64,000 nucleotides of DNA from an uncultured Phycisphaerae bacterium. GTDB lineage: Bacteria; Planctomycetota; Phycisphaerae; UBA1845; JANYLN01. Location of the stretch: NCBI GenBank assembly GCA_963767465.1, contig CAVYDW010000004.1, positions 59,176-123,175 on the forward strand, in the 5' to 3' direction. The notes under the pieces are model-generated. The model saw only the letters and a program-made list of their open reading frames with translations. It made no database searches and was not told the DNA's origin. Shown here piece by piece: positions 61,820 to 64,000 of the stretch. Made by a program: the position numbers and the translations under genes. Every line of letters starts with the position of its first letter. Positions within the stretch are counted from its first letter, which is position 1.

Positions 61820-61891
61820 AACCACGAAGGGCACGAAGTACAGAAGGTAACCGTTCCTGATCGCTTCGTGTGCTTCGTGCCCTTCGTGGTT
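61820..61891. repeat. REP-like palindromic element, AACCACGAAG family (perfect 19-bp arms)
   Basis: AACCACGAAGGGCACGAAG (61820-61838) is the perfect reverse complement of CTTCGTGCCCTTCGTGGTT (61873-61891), with a 34-nt loop. It lies between convergent genes. Confidence 0.75.
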
Positions 61892-61965
61892 AACACACGT
61901 TCTGAAATCCCCGGGTGCCACCCCCAAGCCTCGTTTGCTTGGGGGTACCATCCCCGCTCTGCGGG

Positions 61966-63023
61966 CTATCCATCATCGCGGCCCATCCTCTTCAACACCC
62001 GCAGCGCCCGCAGCGTGACCCACTTGCTGGGCTTGCCCTCCTTCTCGATCGCAACCAGCATCGGCCCGCCGACGCCCGAGGTAGGGAACGTCCTCTCCAG
62101 CGGCCAGCGGCCGGACGCGTCGCGTTTCGACATGACGATGTCCAGCGCATCCGACAACCGCTCGTCATCGGTCACACCCGCCGCGGTGACACCGTCGAGC
62201 ATGTCCAGCACGTCGGTCTGCCAGCCCAGTGGGAAGCGCAGCCGCAGGTGGCTCGGTTTGGCTACATCGAAGTCGTGGTGGTCCCGCCGGAACAGCCGGT
62301 GCTGCAGGAAGAACGCCACGCCCCGCTCGATCGCCCGCTGCACGGGCCTGTTCCGCTCAGCCGGCGGGATGTCGGTCAGCGCCAGCAACGTCTTGATGCC
62401 GCCCTGGAAGCAGCCGTGCCGGCACTGCCCCTTGCAGCCCCAGCCGCCGTCCTCGCCCTGCCCGCGGAGGAGCCATTCGACCGCGTGCTGCCACCGCGGG
62501 TCCTTCGCGTACCCGAAGTGCCGCATCGCCCGCACCAGGTTGCCCGTCAGGCACGGGATGGTCAGCTGCCCGCCGACGGACTGCCCGCGGTTGGCGGCAA
62601 TGGCGAACCCGCCGCTCTCGCGGTTCTGCGCCCGCTCGAACAGGAACTCGCACCCGCGATGGATCCGCTCGTCCGCGGGGTCCGCGCCGAGCTGCGCGAA
62701 AATGATCACCTGCCAGACCGTCCCGCGGTGCTTGCGGTGATAGAAGCCGGCCGGCTGGTCCCAGCAACCATCCGGATGCTGCCGCGCCAGGATGGTCTTG
62801 ATCGGGTCCGCCCGCATGGCCGCCGCCCGGGCCTTGCGGACCCCCGGGTCGTCCGCCGCCTTGTCCAGCAACGTCGTCAGGGTCGCATGCCGCACGGCGG
62901 GGTCGGCCGGCTCCAGCAGCCAATCGACGACGTCGATTCTCTCCCCTGTGGCGCCATTGCCACCCTTGCCACTCTTGTCGCCCTTCCCGCGCTTGCCCCC
63001 GGCCGCCGTAGTCCGTCTTTTCA
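61966..63023 (-). CDS. hypothetical protein, possibly a prenyltransferase/terpene-cyclase-like alpha-alpha toroid repeat protein
   Basis: ATG 63023 (MKRRTTAAGGKRGKGDKSGKGG...). Repeated motifs DGCW, SGGF, DGGWG and SGRW, spaced about 45-60 aa apart, are suggestive of squalene-oxidase-type repeats. The ORF-track ORF 61966..63840 over-extends upstream. Confidence 0.45.
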
Positions 63024-63147
63024 TGGAATCGCCTCCAGCACCCGCTGAAATGTCCTGGCAACAGCATGCACCCGCGACCGGCCCTCCGCAAGCACCGCTG
63101 CCGGGCCGCCTTGCCAGTCCGACCGACTGCGCAGGATACTGCCCGCC

Positions 63148-63939
63148 ATGAAGATCATCGACGTCCATACGCACGCGTTCCCCGATGCCCTCGCGCCGCG
63201 GGCCATGGCCGCCTTGGAAGACCCCATCGACTGGAAGGCCATCGGCGACGGCACCATCGCCGGCCTGCTCCGGTCGATGGACACCGCCGGCGTCGACGCC
63301 TCCGTCATCTGCAGCATCGCCACCAAGCCCTCCCATGTCGAGCCGATCCTCAAGTGGTCCGAGTCCATCGCCTCCGACCGCATCATCCCCTTCCCCTCCC
63401 TGCACCCCGAGACTCTGGACGTAGCCGCCTGGGTCCACCGCTTCCGCGACGCCGGCCTGCGCGGCGTGAAGATGCACCCGATGTACCAGGAATTCACCTT
63501 CGACGAGCCGCGGATGGACCCGCTCTACGCCGCCATCGCCGAAGCCGGCCTGGTCTACGAACCCCACTGCGGCTACGACATCGCCTTCCCCGGCGACAAG
63601 CGCGCTGACGCCGATCGCCTCGCCCGCGTGATCCGGCGCCACCCGACCCTCAAACTCCTCTGCACCCACCTCGGCGGCTGGCAACAGTGGGACGCCGTTG
63701 GCAAGCACCTCATCGGCCGCAACGTCTGGATGGAGTCCTCGATGAGCGTCAGCCTGCTGGGCCTGCAGGCGACAGCCGACCTGATCCGTGCCCAGGGCGC
63801 CGACAAGGTCATGTTCGGCACGGATTGGCCCTGGACCCACCAGACCGACCAGCTCAACCTGCTGCGCCTGCTCGGCCTGCCCGCCGACCAGGCCGCCGCG
63901 ATCCTCGGCGGTAACGCCGCCAGGCTGCTCGGCCTGTAG
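63148..63939 (+). CDS. amidohydrolase-family (TIM-barrel metal-dependent hydrolase) protein
   Basis: MKIIDVHTHAFPD (an HxH metal site), ...KMHP..., HCG, THLGG and FGTDWPW are typical of amidohydrolase_2-type proteins. Confidence 0.75.
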   Translation: MKIIDVHTHAFPDALAPRAMAALEDPIDWKAIGDGTIAGLLRSMDTAGVDASVICSIATKPSHVEPILKWSESIASDRIIPFPSLHPETLDVAAWVHRFRDAGLRGVKMHPMYQEFTFDEPRMDPLYAAIAEAGLVYEPHCGYDIAFPGDKRADADRLARVIRRHPTLKLLCTHLGGWQQWDAVGKHLIGRNVWMESSMSVSLLGLQATADLIRAQGADKVMFGTDWPWTHQTDQLNLLRLLGLPADQAAAILGGNAARLLGL

Positions 63940-64000
63940 CCTTCAGCCCACATCGCCGCCAGGTTTGTTGCCCATCGTAACCGTCTCCCCCCCAATGATG

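Noticed and set aside
1-64000. I searched by eye for tRNA, rRNA, tmRNA, integrase, restriction-modification, toxin-antitoxin and other classical defence genes.
   Set aside because: None was recognised in intergenic regions or ORF translations. Absence by eye is not proof; tRNAscan, Infernal and defence-system HMM scans would be needed.

Overview
This is a high-GC bacterial chromosomal segment. Hand counts on 60-nt samples give about 75% GC in backbone genes. The lpxD-lpxI pair indicates a Gram-negative cell envelope. The lineage cannot be fixed from sequence alone; giant secreted repeat lipoproteins, a dockerin/beta-helix protein and ISKra4-like elements are reminiscent of Planctomycetota, but that is only an impression.

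Backbone genes:
- Enzymes: GNAT acetyltransferase, CYTH/CyaB-like cyclase, apt, rsmA, URO-D-like enzyme, alpha/beta hydrolase, SGNH hydrolase, amidohydrolase, sugar-phosphate isomerase-like protein.
- Envelope and secreted proteins: a DUF5107/TPR giant, two tandem Calx-beta-repeat/FKBP lipoproteins, a CAP-domain lipoprotein, a di-haem peroxidase-like protein.
- Transport and redox: LysE exporter, CDF transporter, a rhodanese-MauE pair.
- Regulation: a PadR module, a BlaI-BlaR1 module, a kinase-like protein, a hybrid histidine kinase.
- Also lpxD-lpxI and rpmH.

The middle of the window (about 27.2-44.2 kb) is a lower-GC accessory island (45% GC in one sampled stretch). Roughly two thirds of it is insertion-sequence DNA: two IS21-family elements, two near-identical IS66-family copies, an IS4-family element with an IS21 nested inside, and one further IS4/IS5-type element.

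The island cargo is the most interesting thing in the window. It is an atypical Hsp70 operon made of a lidless HscC-like Hsp70, a GYF protein, a DnaJ-type zinc-finger protein, a tail-anchored protein and a J-like/TPR protein lacking HPD. A separate 43-aa CxxCxGxG mini-protein lies nearby. The Hsp70 gene is cleanly split by one IS66 copy.

Two diverged ISKra4-like elements elsewhere share an identical in-phase TCT_TTT_TCC_CCC +1 shift site. Several families of 19-bp-stem palindromic intergenic elements are present.

Caveat: about 25 apparent frame breaks occur in about 17 otherwise ordinary genes, including rsmA and rpmH. Assembly indel errors are therefore suspected, and every pseudogene call carries that caveat. 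No rRNA, tRNA or CRISPR array was seen. All family calls come from remembered motifs, not searches.
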